From Psilocybe cubensis (taxonomy: Eukaryota): a stretch of DNA of 64,000 nt. Below are positions 37,834 through 50,820 of the stretch, in pieces. Position 1 is the first letter of the stretch. Every line of letters begins with the position of its first letter. Location: contig CM039005.1 in the NCBI GenBank assembly GCA_017499595.2, forward strand, positions 2,666,001 to 2,730,000, read 5' to 3'. The translations under genes were made by a program, and so were the position numbers. The notes beneath the pieces are model-generated. The model ran no database searches and was not told the DNA's origin. It was given only the letters and a program-made list of their open reading frames with translations.

Positions 37834-40800
37834 ATGTCTGAACACTTCAGGGTTATCGAAGACATGGAAGACGAAGATATGATGGAGGACGGACCACCGG
37901 ACGATCTCTATTTTCATCCTGAACCAGGGAGAGAGTCTCTGTCTGGAGACGAGCAGTGGGTCCCAGGTAGTAGAAAACCTTATCAGCCAGATCCGTTATT
38001 CTATGACGCACTATCGGAACGTTCGAGCAATACTCCTCTTCGAGAACGTTCAGAAGAGCCCGACTTGCTTGATACACCTCGACCAAACCGAATTCTAGGG
38101 CATGGCGAGGAACCAAATCAACTTATGCCGTTGTCGCCTACCAAGCGAATGAAGCGTACACGGAGTACCTTGCCTGGGCCTGACTTTGAAGACAGAGTTG
38201 AAGCAGCTTCAGTGGAGGTGTCACCGACGGATAGCAGCGGTCAACTTGAAACATTGCCCACTGTTCAAAGCCTTGTTGAAGCCTCGGCCGGTCCTTCATC
38301 TGACGATCCAATGCCACACCGGGATCAGCTAGTGGATCCCAGGATTTCTCATAATAAACGGCGTCGCAAGCCTCTAAAGGTGCCCCAAGAGACGAAAATC
38401 ATCATTTCTAATGAGAAGTTAAGGAAGCAGGTTCGCACTTTGCAGCATGTCGTGCAAACTACAGAAGCAGTAAGTGATAGATCTCTCCCATGAATTCCGC
38501 AGCCAATTTTTGCTACAGGGAGAAGTATTGAAAGTAAGACAAGAGAAGGCCATTCTGCAATTGGGTCTTCAGAAAGCCACCACTCTAATATCTTCACAAG
38601 CGGTAGGTATAAAGCTTACACCGGCCTTTCCTGATTGATCATATTTCTAGGACCGCACTGCCGATGTCTCTTCGGAACGAGACGATTTCGAGGTGAAGTA
38701 TAACACTGCAGAAGTAGGTCCGATTTCGTTGTTTGCCATACACATATTCATCTTGCATGCGCCACAAAAGAGTGAACGAGAGGCTGTCGAATCAGAGCTA
38801 ACAGCGGTCTGCGTGAGTAGCAACAGTTTTGTTCTCTTCATCAGTCATAATTCTTCCTGATGCTTTTGTAGAACAACGTACAAAATCTACTTGCCGAAAC
38901 TGGATCAAAGGACCAAATTATATTCGATCTTAATGCCACTGTAACATCAAAGACCGAAGAAATTTCCAAGCTAAACGAGATGGTGCAAGCAAAGGATAAA
39001 GATCTCTCCGATCTACGTGCCGCTCTCGACTCCAAGGATGTTGAACTGCGCAAACTTAAATCTGATATGGACTCAGCTGAAGCTCACAAGAAGCAATCAG
39101 AGGTTGTTATCGTATGTTTTAACACCATTTCTCTTGATCTCATTCATTTTGTTTGCAGTCAGACCTTCGGAAAGTCGAGGAACAATTACAAGAAGCAAAT
39201 CGTCAAATACAACTGCTGAAGGACACGATGGAAGCGAACATTGCATATAAAAATGAGCTTGATCAAATGCGCTATAATCTGGAGTCCGACCGACAAATCT
39301 TTCAGGAAGATTTACTGACGCACCTCGATGTGTTAGAAAAACACAGAATCTCTGAAGAACGACTGGAGTCGCTGACCGAAGAGGCAAAAAAGGCGATCGA
39401 AACTTCTAAAGAAGAAATTTCCAAAGCTAAAACCATGGAGGAGAAGGCTTCCGCAGCTATGCTTAAAGCAGATCGAAATTTGAAAGTCGCATCCCAAGAT
39501 TTGGAGCAAGCCAGGAAATTACGCAGTACTTCCGAGGAAATGAAGACTACCACCGAGACTTTGAAGGCGGAGGTTCTTACCGAAAAAGCGTCTGTCGAAC
39601 TTTTGAAACGTTCAGCCAAGGATTCGCTAGAGCAGGCAAAGCGATTGAAAGAAGATGCCTCTACAGAGATGAAAAAGGCGAACCGATTGAGGGAACATTA
39701 CACCAATGTGAGTAGATTATATCGTGTTTAAGTCATATGCTCCTTACATTTAATTTAGAGTATAAAAAATCTTGACCGACTGATTGAAGAAGCAAGCAAC
39801 GAAGTGGAAAACGCCCACAATAATTGTTCTGGATTCCAGAGAGCCAGTCAGGAAGCCTCGGCACAGATTGCAGAGTTGAAAGCAAAATTAAAGATCGCCG
39901 AAATCAAGCTCCAAGCAATGGCCGTCCCCGTCGACGCAAGTAAGGGCAAAGATAAGGCGCCTACCACCACCGCACCAACGAACGTGGTAAATCGTAAAGT
40001 TACCTCCGTGATTAGTAACCGTGGTCTAATGTTTGTCTTTCAGGCCTCTGTCAATACCGGTCAGGATAAAGAAATGCAATCCTCCAATATACCAACAACA
40101 GCTGTGGTAAGGCAGTTTTCCCCCTGATTGGTAACCGTGATTTAAAGTCCGTTGTGATTTAGGACCACGTCAATTCCGGTAAGGGTAAAGAAAAGGCATC
40201 CACCAGCACAGCAACGGTTGTGGTAAGGTGACAATATTCTCCCTGGTAACTGTGATATAACTCTTTTTGCAAGGACGATCATGATTCGAGTATCCCAAAC
40301 AGAACTGATGTAAGTCGTTGTCTAGCTATTTTGATTGGGTCTGGGACACTTAGGGCCGCAAGGCGGATCATGACACACAAAGAATGGTAGAGGAACAGTC
40401 ACAAATACGCCAAAGTTGGCTCTCAAAGTTCAAATCTATCAAACCTTCAGTGATTTTTGGCCGTGCAAACGCCCAAGCTGGTTCGAGCGGTACACAACCA
40501 GGTGACGAGGATGAGGATGATCCTATGGCTAGGTGGAATGCAAAAATATCCCAGGATGATAACGGTGAGAATGTCAATCGCCTTAACTCCACTCACAGGG
40601 TTAATCAAAAGGGTACTTTGAAAGGTAAAGCCAAGCATTCGACCATTGCGCCCGATTTCCCTGTGGGCAGTGGGAAGGAGTTGCAAATTGAGGAGAATGA
40701 GGACCAGGAGATGTTGGACACGCTGCCCGCAGAAGGTGGCGGTGATGATGGGGATGGAGATGGAGATGGAGATGACGAGAATGATCAAGAAGAAGAGGGT

Positions 40801-42020
40801 GAAGAGGAGGATAAAGAAATTGAAGAGGAGGTTAACGAAGACGAAGAAGAAAGAGCAGTAACCAATATCCTCACCAGGACAGGTTCTGCCTCTACACTTG
40901 GAGGCCAATACTCGAGAGATGCCTCGCGATCGTTTGTGATGGGGGGCAAGAACGGTTCAAAAAGGGAAAAAATTGATTTAGAGAAGGACAATAAAGAAGT
41001 CCGAAAACAATATTTTGTGAGATTTCTTTTGCTAATGTCAATAGATGCTGACTGGAAGATAGGCCCTCGTTCGCAGCGTTGTGAATGACAAATTTGGCGT
41101 AGAACGAGACCCGGAGTTTGTCAATCACATACCACCAAGTCCCGGTGACATTATGCAATTCGAAACCACGAAGCGCCCAGAAGATGGCCCCAAGATAGCA
41201 GATCTCCGCATTGACATGAAGGGCGAAATATCCAGCGATTGGAACAAAGAACTCGTATCTATACTGGTTACATTTGCGACCAACAGAAAGGTCTCACAAT
41301 TCCCTGACCTTCCTCATCGGCCCCAAGACTACCTAGCTCAAATGTTCTTTCAAACGCTGGAGCGCGCAAGGACCTTTTGGAGAGATAACCAGCCTCAGGC
41401 TACCGATCTGGGAAAAATAGAAACCAGCGCCAAAAGGGAAGCAAGAGTGGAGGCAAAAAGGAAAAAAGAGGAAAAAAGGAATCGAAAGAATAGTAGATGT
41501 TCAATTGTGAGCATTTCGGAGTCTACGTAGTTCAACAACTAATATAAGCATACAGAAATATTCCGAGCGTTTGTTCACAGTGAAAAGAATGATCGCAGAA
41601 AGTGAGAAAAGGGACGACACCGCAATGTTTAACCTATGGAGTCGTTTGCTATCACTTCTCGAGGCCCTAGAGGAAGATGGAATGAGCTCGGAGGACTCTG
41701 AAGCTGACGATGATGGGGATACCGTATATCATGTCAGGCAGATGCCGTATCGTCGCAGCGTTGACAAGCATATGGCAATCATCGACGCTGAAACAAAGCG
41801 TTATAAACGCACCATTGCTACTCAAGGCTCGAACAAATCACGAAGAATCAGAGGGGAAGATATATTTTCGCTTCGCAGACCTTTCGTCGGGAAACCGAGA
41901 CCACTTTATGCACCACCTTGGTTAAAACAGCAGACCCGAACGACTATCAACAGTCTGAAAATTCCAGAAAAACATCCATTCAAATTTTTCGAGATCAAGG
42001 TGCCGGACCCGAGTGCATGA
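37834..42020 (+). CDS. Large multi-exon coiled-coil/acidic protein, possibly an accessory gene of the Tnp2-like element
   Basis: A chain of same-strand ORFs with GT..AG introns, a long coiled coil and an acidic tract. The C-terminus has LEEDGMSSEDS..YHVRQMPYRR. Confidence 0.65.
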
Positions 42021-42834
42021 GTAGTCATTTCTGTTAGCTCAAATCGTGCAGTCATTAGTAACTATTGAAAATGATATGATCTTCGGCCTGATAATATGTA
42101 CCTGTAATTATACCGCCAGTTGCATGAACCTTTGATCACACTGGTGCTTATTGGTTCGTTTCTCTTGTATTTGTTTATTTCCTCTTTGTCAGTTCTGCTG
42201 TTCGCCTCTTTCAGTTTCCGATACCGACGGCATGAAAATCTCAGTCACCTATCAAACACAGAACCACACTATGAGTATCTGAGTTTGAGGCACGATGCCG
42301 CTGTCTTAAAGTCTGATACGTAGGGTAGAATCACCAATATCCTTAAAATATCAGGGATTCTCCCAGCTCGGGACTTGAAATAACATTTTTCGGTCGCGAT
42401 TCTGCGACGTAAGCCGAGTTCTTCCTTTTGGTATAATTTCTAAATTTTCTATAGCAAAGCTTTGTGTATGAATGGTTACAAATTGGCGGGTGTTCCTCTG
42501 TAAGTGTCGGCAAGGTTCTTACTTTCTCTAAAGTACGTGGTGTCATTTACTTCTCACGATAGGTTGCAAGTTCTAAGATGTTTTCTTTGTACATTTCTAG
42601 GAGGGTTTTGGGGGTTGTGGCCAGCTGTCCGACATGCTTTCAATGCAAGGAGCCTCCACGCCGCTTTCAGTCAACTTTACCAGCCTAACTGGAGTTACGA
42701 CCATGAATGGGTAGTATGCAATTCCAGTGAGTGGGATCCTCGGAGCCAAAAACATTTGTACTTTGACCCTCTTTCTATCTAGTGTAGCTATTATAACCCC
42801 GAAGCAAAATACTCTGCGCCCTTGAGAACTCAAA

Positions 42835-43048
42835 CACTGCTGGCGCTGATACATATTTGATAGAAAAATATGTATTGGTAATTATGTTTCCTGTTGGTTT
42901 TTGACGTATTTTTCTCGTATATAGAGTCCGGGGTTACCCAATTAGGGAAGCCCGAAGCCTATATTCCAATAAAATACGTCAAAAAAATGTAGGAAACATA
43001 ATTACTGGGTCTTATTTTCTTTGAAAATATGTATGAGCGCCAGCGGTG
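42835..43048. mobile_element. 214-bp palindromic MITE with CACTG/CACCG termini (CACTA-like)
   Basis: Left end cactgctggcgctgatacatattt; reverse complement of the right end caccgctggcgctcatacatattt. The imperfect palindrome continues to the centre, and AAA flanks both sides. Confidence 0.85.
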
Positions 43049-44747
43049 AAACCACACTCGCTACTTGCCCAGTCACGTGGTGTTCAGCGAGAACTACTCC
43101 AGGTCCATCTCATCAGCCTCCCATTCCTGGTAAGCAGATAAATTTCGTTCTGATGTCTTCGTCAATTCACATTTAGCAACAAACAAGTTTTCTCTGATGC
43201 ATAGACATGAAACCGCACTCGTATTTTGTATGATTCGCCATCCTTACAGTCGTCAGCACGAACCTTGCGGGAGATGTTGTCAAGGTCTATATTCATTTTA
43301 CCCCACTCGAGCTGCACCCTAAATCTAATTATAAACACAGATTCTGTAGACCGCTACCATGTTAATGTGTCCTGCTTCATGTGCCTCATCCTAGGCTTTC
43401 CAACAACACCGAGTGGTTAAATGTCCTTCGGTTGCACCTGCTTTGAACATCTTGGTGGTATCCTACCGCCTGCAGGAGGCTTCTGCAATTTCTTTTAAAG
43501 ATCCCACTAGGATCTCATAAGGGGTCTCTCCATTCTCCCCACATCCTAACCACTGCGACGTCTACTGGCATTTATTCAACAGCATCACACCCTTTCACAC
43601 ACCCGGACCGCTGTGACGTCTGATGTACACCGCACTCGTCTTCATATTTTGACCGCTGCATTTGTCCGTGGACATTGCACTCGTCCACATCCATCTTCCG
43701 TCCGTGGCACATGGCACCACGGTAGTTATTACTCTTTCAATACCTCTCCACACACCCATACCACCCCTACTACGCTGGCCTTGCAATGTCCTGACGCGAC
43801 ATTCGTTACATCTGTCCAGCAAAACACACTATGCGAACAATAGCAGTGGTACATCTGTCTCACTTTACCAATCATTGATGCTCATGGTGATCACAGGTAG
43901 AAAAGGGATCAGGAGACATGGTGGAAGAGGACACTTTACTCTTTAAACGCCCAAATTCGTAATATTACAACCGAAAACCCTTTAATGTATGCTTAGGGTC
44001 GAGATAGATACTATTGTTCATCATAAGAAATTATCAATAAATCTCTGCTAATAATATCATCGAAAACAAGAACAGTAAGATGTAGAAGTCACAGAGATCT
44101 ACGTCAAAAACGGCAGGATCGAATGCTGGTCTCTTCGAATACGCTCTGGGTGTCAACATGCCCTCCTCCATAGCAGCATAATCCTTTATGGGGTCTAGCA
44201 TGATATCGTGACTGGACTTGCAGTTCATACAGCTGCTCTTCGTATAGGCGAACCTGAGGGACACTCTAATAAATACTCGGTATCATTTCGACAAGGATGA
44301 GTGCCTTACGCACCAAGGAATCATATATAACCGGGTATCCTAGTAAAACAATCAGACGATCCGAGGCCTGTTCAATGTGGACACGTATGTTATTATAATC
44401 CAAATATCCTTCCAGACATAAGTTAATAATGCTAAAAATCGTTCATTAGTTGGGTTTACAGACAAATAAATGCAGAGCGTACACGCACGTCTAACTCGAT
44501 CTACGATGTGATTAAATTCAATATTTTCAAGCCTGGGACTGGGCAGGACTCCTCATGACTTCAATATTGCATCCGAGGCCTGTCCTTGCTGGATCCGGGT
44601 AGTTGATTTTGCATCATTTCTTTCTTTTAGGCGTCCCTCTACCTTTTCCTCGTGTTGCTGGCATGTTGACAGCATCATCATAGATATACTTCTATCTTAC
44701 CATATATCTAAACTTTATTATTTGACACATCTTGCCACAAGTGCGAC

Positions 44748-45846
44748 ATGTCGGATTCCATCCGCGACGCTCAATCGAGTCGTGCAGCCGCGGAAATGTT
44801 CCTGCTTACTCTGGCGGACGAAGGTCCCAACGTCAACAGGCAGCTATCGCCGTTGTGGGCTTCACGAGACGAATTCCAGAGGACACTAGAGCAACCGGGA
44901 CTTCAGGGGACTTTAGAAGATATCGTAATGCATGACCATGAAAACTTAGTGCCAACGTTCGACGGTGCCCCGACGTTAAAGTCATCCCATCACTCTTCGG
45001 GAAACCCTACACCTGCCCTGTCTGCAAATAATAAGAAGAGCAAATACGAACGCAGCCAATATACATCCAGAGCAATTACGATCTTGGATGATATCTCAAA
45101 ATCTGTGGAGGCTTGTTCGGCCAATCTTCAAAGGGATGCACAACTCCCAGATGCCCTGGAACACGCAAGAAAACGAATTGCGCAGCTGCATCGCAAGCTG
45201 GACAAAGTCAAGCGCAAGACCCCCTCCATTTTGGAAGAGAAGGAACGCATTCGGCGAAGACTATTAGATTTGAACGCACAACTGAACGAGATGCAAAAGG
45301 AGCGGACAACTTCTGGCAACAATTCCCCTCTTCTCTATGATTCCAGTAAGCTCTTCATCATGCATCATATGCAAATATAAGTTCATATGTGTATAACAGG
45401 CCATCATTTTGAGCCCCTCGTTGACAACCAAGATCCTCCGGCTCAGATCGCAACATTTATTGGGGTTGTATCGGCAGTGATGATAGGTGCAGGTCGGCGC
45501 ATGGCCGAGTTTATCCTCAAGACAATGCCCATTATGTTGCGCAGCGCTTTCGAAATCTCTTCGATTGAAATCGATATGCAACAGCAACATATCTTGGATC
45601 AAATACCGTCAACACTGAATACAGCCCTCTCCAAATTCAACTTATCTTCGAAAACCGTTACCTACGCGGTCTGTCCTGCCTGCCATTGCACATACCCACC
45701 CGCCTTTCCACTGGATCCAAATAAACCGGAGTATCCGTCCGTCTGCAATAATTTTCCCAATCTAGGTTCAGATCTGTGTGGGATCCCTCTTTTGGAAAGC
45801 GACGCCGATGACGGGGGGAATCCTGTTCCCATCAAAACTTTTGTCT
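44748..45846 (+). pseudogene. CACTA/EnSpm Tnp2-like transposase, 5' part (interrupted)
   Basis: Two exons with YAVCPACHCTY..C..C. It ends PVPIKTFV at the TSD. Confidence 0.85.
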
Positions 45847-46150
45847 CACATAAGACAGTTTATTTATAACGTACATTACCTAAGATTTAATAATAAGGAT
45901 ATTACGTGAGACACGGTGGATTTACTCCCGCTACCTAATTAGGAGATTAGCGTGATGTACGTGTGATTTATCCTGGCAAATCATAGCGTACATGACGTGC
46001 CATTTAGCACTAAATGGAGCCGCCGGGTGGCATGCGGGATCCGCGTGTCGGGCTGCACGGGAAAAACACGGGCCGCAAATGAACCGGACGGGTCCATCTA
46101 CATCCCGTGTATTGCAAGCAGACGGATCCGTTTTGACCCGTGTTGTGCTG
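45847..46150 (+). repeat. Left TIR (304 bp, begins CACATAAGAC)
   Basis: Reverse complement of 61212-61515; no mismatch noticed. Confidence 0.95.
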
Positions 46151-46243
46151 TCAGACGGACCCATTTGACCCGTGTCTTCCCAGAGAGGGAGGGTTATTTA
46201 TGGGGTATTGCAAGTCAATGAGCACAAGGGCTCCAAAAATAAT

Positions 46244-47673
46244 TTATTCATCTCTACCGGTATACAAATGCTTTTCCAAACTCGATTCAATCCCTGCCAG
46301 CCCAGCGTCAATTTCCTCCAGCGCATTATAAGTCAGAATCTCTGACTGCAGCTGATGCAGCCGGAGGTTCTTGAACGTTGTAACCTTTCCGTCATAACTA
46401 CTGTTGCCGACGGAACTGTCAATTATTTGGTCGTATGTTGCCCGTAGCTGCTGCTCGGTATAATTCTAAAATAGTTGTCAGTATCTAGTGCTTGGTAATA
46501 TCTGAGTACATACATATAGAAAAGGAGGGTTAAAATACGCCGTCTGATCTGTTACATTCTTGAACTCAATGTCAGACTGGGTGGGAGGCGAACCGGGGTA
46601 GCCGCCCATGGGATCAAACCTGCCGTAGGTTCGAAAATAAGGGTTTTGAAGGAGCAGGTGGCATGCTTCAGGGGGTGGAGAATAGCAACCTTGCTTCCTC
46701 TCAGAGGAAATAGCTGGACGAGAGTCCATAATGATTTTGTCGACGACAGACGTGTATGAAACATGTGCTGCCATCAACGGCGGAGCCGCATCATCCCGGA
46801 TGACAGGCATAGGTGGAGGATCCAGGGTATCTGGAATAACAGGCATAGGGGGAGGATCCAGGGTAGGTGGAATGACAGGCATAGGGGGAGGAGCTAGGTT
46901 ATTTGGAATGATTGGCATTGGCGGCGGAGCCAAGTCGTTCCGGATGACAGGCATTGGCGGCGGAGCCGTGTCGTTCCGGATGACTGGCATTGGCGGCGGA
47001 GCCAGGTTAGCTGGAATGACTGGCATAGGGGGTGGAGCCAGGCTAGCTGGAATTACTGGCATTGGCGGCGGAGCCAGGTCTTTCCGGATGACTGGCATAG
47101 GGGGCGGAGCCAGGCTAGCTGGAATTACTGGCATTGGCGGCGGAGCCAGGTCTTTCCGGATGACTGGCATAGGGGGCGGAGCCAGGTTAGCTGGAATAAC
47201 AGGCATAGGGGGTGGAGCCAGGTTAGCTGGAATTACTGGCATAGGGGGTGGAGCCAGGTTAGCTGGAATTACTGGCATTGGCGGCGGAGCCAGGTCTTTC
47301 CGGATGACTGGCATAGGGGGCGGAGCCAGGTTAGATGAAATGACTGGCATAGGGGGAGGAGCCAGGTTAGCTGGAATAACAGGCATAGGGGGTGGAGCCA
47401 GGTTATCTGGAATGACTGGCATTGGCGGCGGAGCCAGGTCATCCGTCCTTGCTGTGCGTTTGCTTTCCTTAGAGTTGCTAATATTTGAAGACATTGCTGA
47501 TGCTCAGAAATCAATTTAAATTTACTTGAATTAATGCAATTAGTCTTACATTTTATAGGTTTTACGGGAGGAGGTTCCTTCAGTTTTTCGAGAAGCCTGG
47601 TAAGATTGTTGAGACTGGTGTAGTCAATGGGGGAATTTTTGCTAGAGGTGGGAATAAAGTTGTAGGAGGACAT
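46244..47673 (-). CDS. Hypothetical protein with 18 tandem 12-aa repeats (LAPPPMPVIxxx)
   Basis: A 36-bp repeat at ~46790-47437 inside a 338-aa ORF. The last exon reads NYTEQQLRATY..TGRDE*. The start codon is uncertain. Confidence 0.6.
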
Positions 47674-47977
47674 ACAGTCCAGAAAGTGCAACTGGGTGGG
47701 CTTGTTTATATATCTCACGGAATACAATACTATCCGAGGATTCTCCATGACACGGAAATAGATTCACCCGTGTATCGAACTTAGCAACTTTTGCACAAAC
47801 TGGATCTGGTGAAGAAATCACATGACTCAGATTGTACATGTTTGTGTATGGTTTTGTTTTGCGGGACCGCTTTTTTTTAGACTTTTTTTAGACTAACTCC
47901 AACCACGATCACCACCCCACGTTCTACCGTGCCTCACCCATTAACGCGTCTTCCCCCCAAAAAAAAACGCTTTCCCA

Positions 47978-50555
47978 ATGGCCTCTTCATCTTCCACCAC
48001 CGCCACCTTCGCCCAACGCCTTGCTGACTGGGAAAAAACCTTTACAGAGTGCTACCGCAATGGCGAAAGCGCGTTCAACGCTCAGTTGGAGCAGCTCTAC
48101 AGGGACTTGGTGAGTAATCGATATCCCTTGAGCATAAGACTTACTGAACAAAAAAAATTCATCCAAATAGGTTCCACTGTGTCAAGAACACGTCAGGGAC
48201 GCGGCCAACTTCCGCCTCGTGGATTATGTCGCAAGCCCTGTCGTGTATTCATACAAGACCAGCCAGGGCAAGGACGGCAAGCAGGTAGCAAGGTTCGAGG
48301 TCGACTGGGCAAATTTGCATCATCAAGTCGCAAATTTCAAGGCATACCAGCAAGGCCAGGAGGCACAGAGGAAGAGGAGGGAGGAGGAAGAGCAAGAGAA
48401 GAGGAGGGAGAAGGAGGAGCAAGAGGAGGAGGAGAGGCAGAGGGTGGAGGAGAGGAGGAAGAGGGAGGTGAGGAGGAAGAGGGAGGAGAAGAAGAAGAGG
48501 GAGGAGGAAGAGGAGAGGCAGAGGGAGGAGGAGGAGGAGAGGCAGAGGGAGGAGGAGAGGAGGAAGAGGGAGGAAGAGAAGCAGAAGGTGGAGGAGAGGA
48601 GGAAGGAGGAGAGGAGGAAGAGGGAGCAGGAGAGGAAGACCAGGGAGCAGGAGAGGCAGAAGGCGGAGGAGAGGAGGAAGAGGGAGCAGGAGCAGGAGCA
48701 GGAGACAGACGAGGAGAGGAACAAGGAGGAGACGGAGAAGAGACGGGCCGAGAAGGGCAAGGGCAAGGCAGTCGAACCCCCGGTGGAAGACGGACCCGTG
48801 ACAGACGCCCACAAAGACAAGGGCAAACGGAAAGCGGCGGACCCCGTGGAGTCCATTCAGTTGGCTCCAGCGGACTACAGGGGCCCACGGACAAGGAAGG
48901 GGGAAATCATTCCCCACATCACCGCCTCCAACATGCCTGGTCACCCAGCGTACAGGGAGAAGCTGGAAAGATTGGCGAAGTCCAAGCAGGGGAAGTTCAA
49001 GAGCAAAGCAATCATAGGAAGCCACACGGACGAAGACGCGGACGCGGACGTCGACGAGGACGACGAAGGCGATGACCAAGAGGCCCCGCCTACCACCCCC
49101 ACCCGGAAGATGCTCACCCGGTCTGCAAAGAAGGACGCCAACCAGGACAATATCCCCCCCATCAGGAAGGCGCGGTCGAGATCCGAGAAAGCGCGCCAGG
49201 TGCCGGAGGGGATGGTGGATATGGTGGAAAGGTGCACGGGATGCACCAAATTCAAGGTGCCGTGCCATGTCAAGGGAGAGACAGGCACTGAGCCTCTCGT
49301 CCCCATAAAGCACCAATCTTGCGAGTCTTGCAAGTCTCGCAAGATTCACTGCAGTTTCTACCCGGGACGTTTCTACCCGGGACGCAACACTGTCGCCGGG
49401 CAATTCAACCTCTCGACGCCGCTGGGAAGTTACGGGGAGGTGTTGAAGTTGGAGGAGGGAGAGGATGTTCCGGCGAAGGGGAAGGCCGGGGAAGGGTCGT
49501 TCCCCGAGGATGTGGGAGAGCTGCTTGTGCAGCTGTTTGAGCGACAAGGCCGACTGATGGAACGGATGGATGGCCTTTCCGCGTCCATGACGGCGATAAA
49601 CGCACGGATTGCAACGTTCGCCGAGACAAACTTGGCGGTGGAGAAGAGGATGAAGACCGTCGAGGACAGCTTCCAAGAGCTGAAGGCCGAGTGGACCACG
49701 GCAAAAGAACAAGTGGCAGGAAACACTTCGCTTTCCGTCACGATGTTCAACAACATCAAGCAGGCGATCCAGGACGTTCAGTACGTGGTCGGGGTTTTGC
49801 TGGAGCAGGATGAACAAAGGAATCCCGCCCCCAAACAGGCAGCAGAACCCTCCAAGACGGAGGTCGAACAAGAATCGGGTCCGTCGCGGACCCGTGAACC
49901 CACCTCTGCGCCACAATCCCCCAGCCCACCACCACCGCCAGCACCCCTCCCTTCCCCACCTCCACCTCCAGCAGCACCCATTCTCCCTTCCCCTCCTCCA
50001 CCACCGCCAGCACCTGTCCTCCCTTCCCCACCCCCACCTCCACCCGCACCCGTCTTCCCTGCCGTGTCTGCGCCACCAACAGAGCTATTCTTGCCCGGTT
50101 CGACTCCAGAAGCGCCTTCGCCCCCCCCAGCTGGCCGACCCTCGCTCCCACCGGTACCACCCGTCCTTTCCCTATCTCCACCACCCCCTCTCCCAGCTCC
50201 ACGTCCTCGAAGTTCGACGTCAAAGGCCGCACCGTTGTCAAAGGGTGCACCATCGTCAAAGGCCGCGCCATCGTCATCGTCAAAGGCCGGCCCATCCTCA
50301 AAGGCTAAGCCATTGTCAAAGGCTAAGCCATCCTCCAAGGCTGGGCCATCCGGGAATGGACACTCATCGGAGTTGTCTGATCCCTCGGACAGCGACGAGG
50401 TTGAAATTGTGGAGGAGGATGTTGAGATCGTGGCGTCCACGCTGCCCGCGTCGAACATAGCCACAAAGACAAGGGCTGGACGGAAGCGAAAGGCGGAAAC
50501 GACTCTGGCTGAAGCATCGCGCTCGCCCAAAAAACCCAAGGCCCAAAAAAAGTAG
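47978..50555 (+). CDS. Zn(II)2Cys6-like cluster protein with an E/R/K-rich helix, a coiled coil and a Pro-rich tail
   Basis: Two exons (intron 48110-48170). C-x2-C-x6-C-x18-C-x2-C-x6-C (CTGCTKFKVPC..CESCKSRKIHC) and a basic NLS-like end. Confidence 0.75.
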
Positions 50556-50820
50556 TGTATTTCAAATCTTTGTAACTTTTTTTGGTCTCCTTTTTTGCCT
50601 TGTCTCATAGATTGCATTGTACAATTTTTAATATTTGGACTGTATATAGTTTTTACTCTCATGTGCTCATCTGTTTTATATCTCTCCCAAAAAGTAGCAC
50701 TTGATGATTTTTAATGAACCCGCTTTCTGTTTTGATTTTGTGTGAAAACATGTTTGAGAAACATCAAGATAAGAATAAAAAGCATCACATTCAATAGGTA
50801 TCATGAATCTACTTCAACAG

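Noticed and set aside
46731-47519. 262-aa Gly-rich plus-strand ORF
   Set aside because: It is the antisense shadow of the Pro-rich repeat gene; splice signals and flanking exons support the minus strand.
48249-50662. Long minus-strand ORFs (555, 294, 185 and 177 aa)
   Set aside because: They are antisense to low-complexity parts of the Zn-cluster gene.
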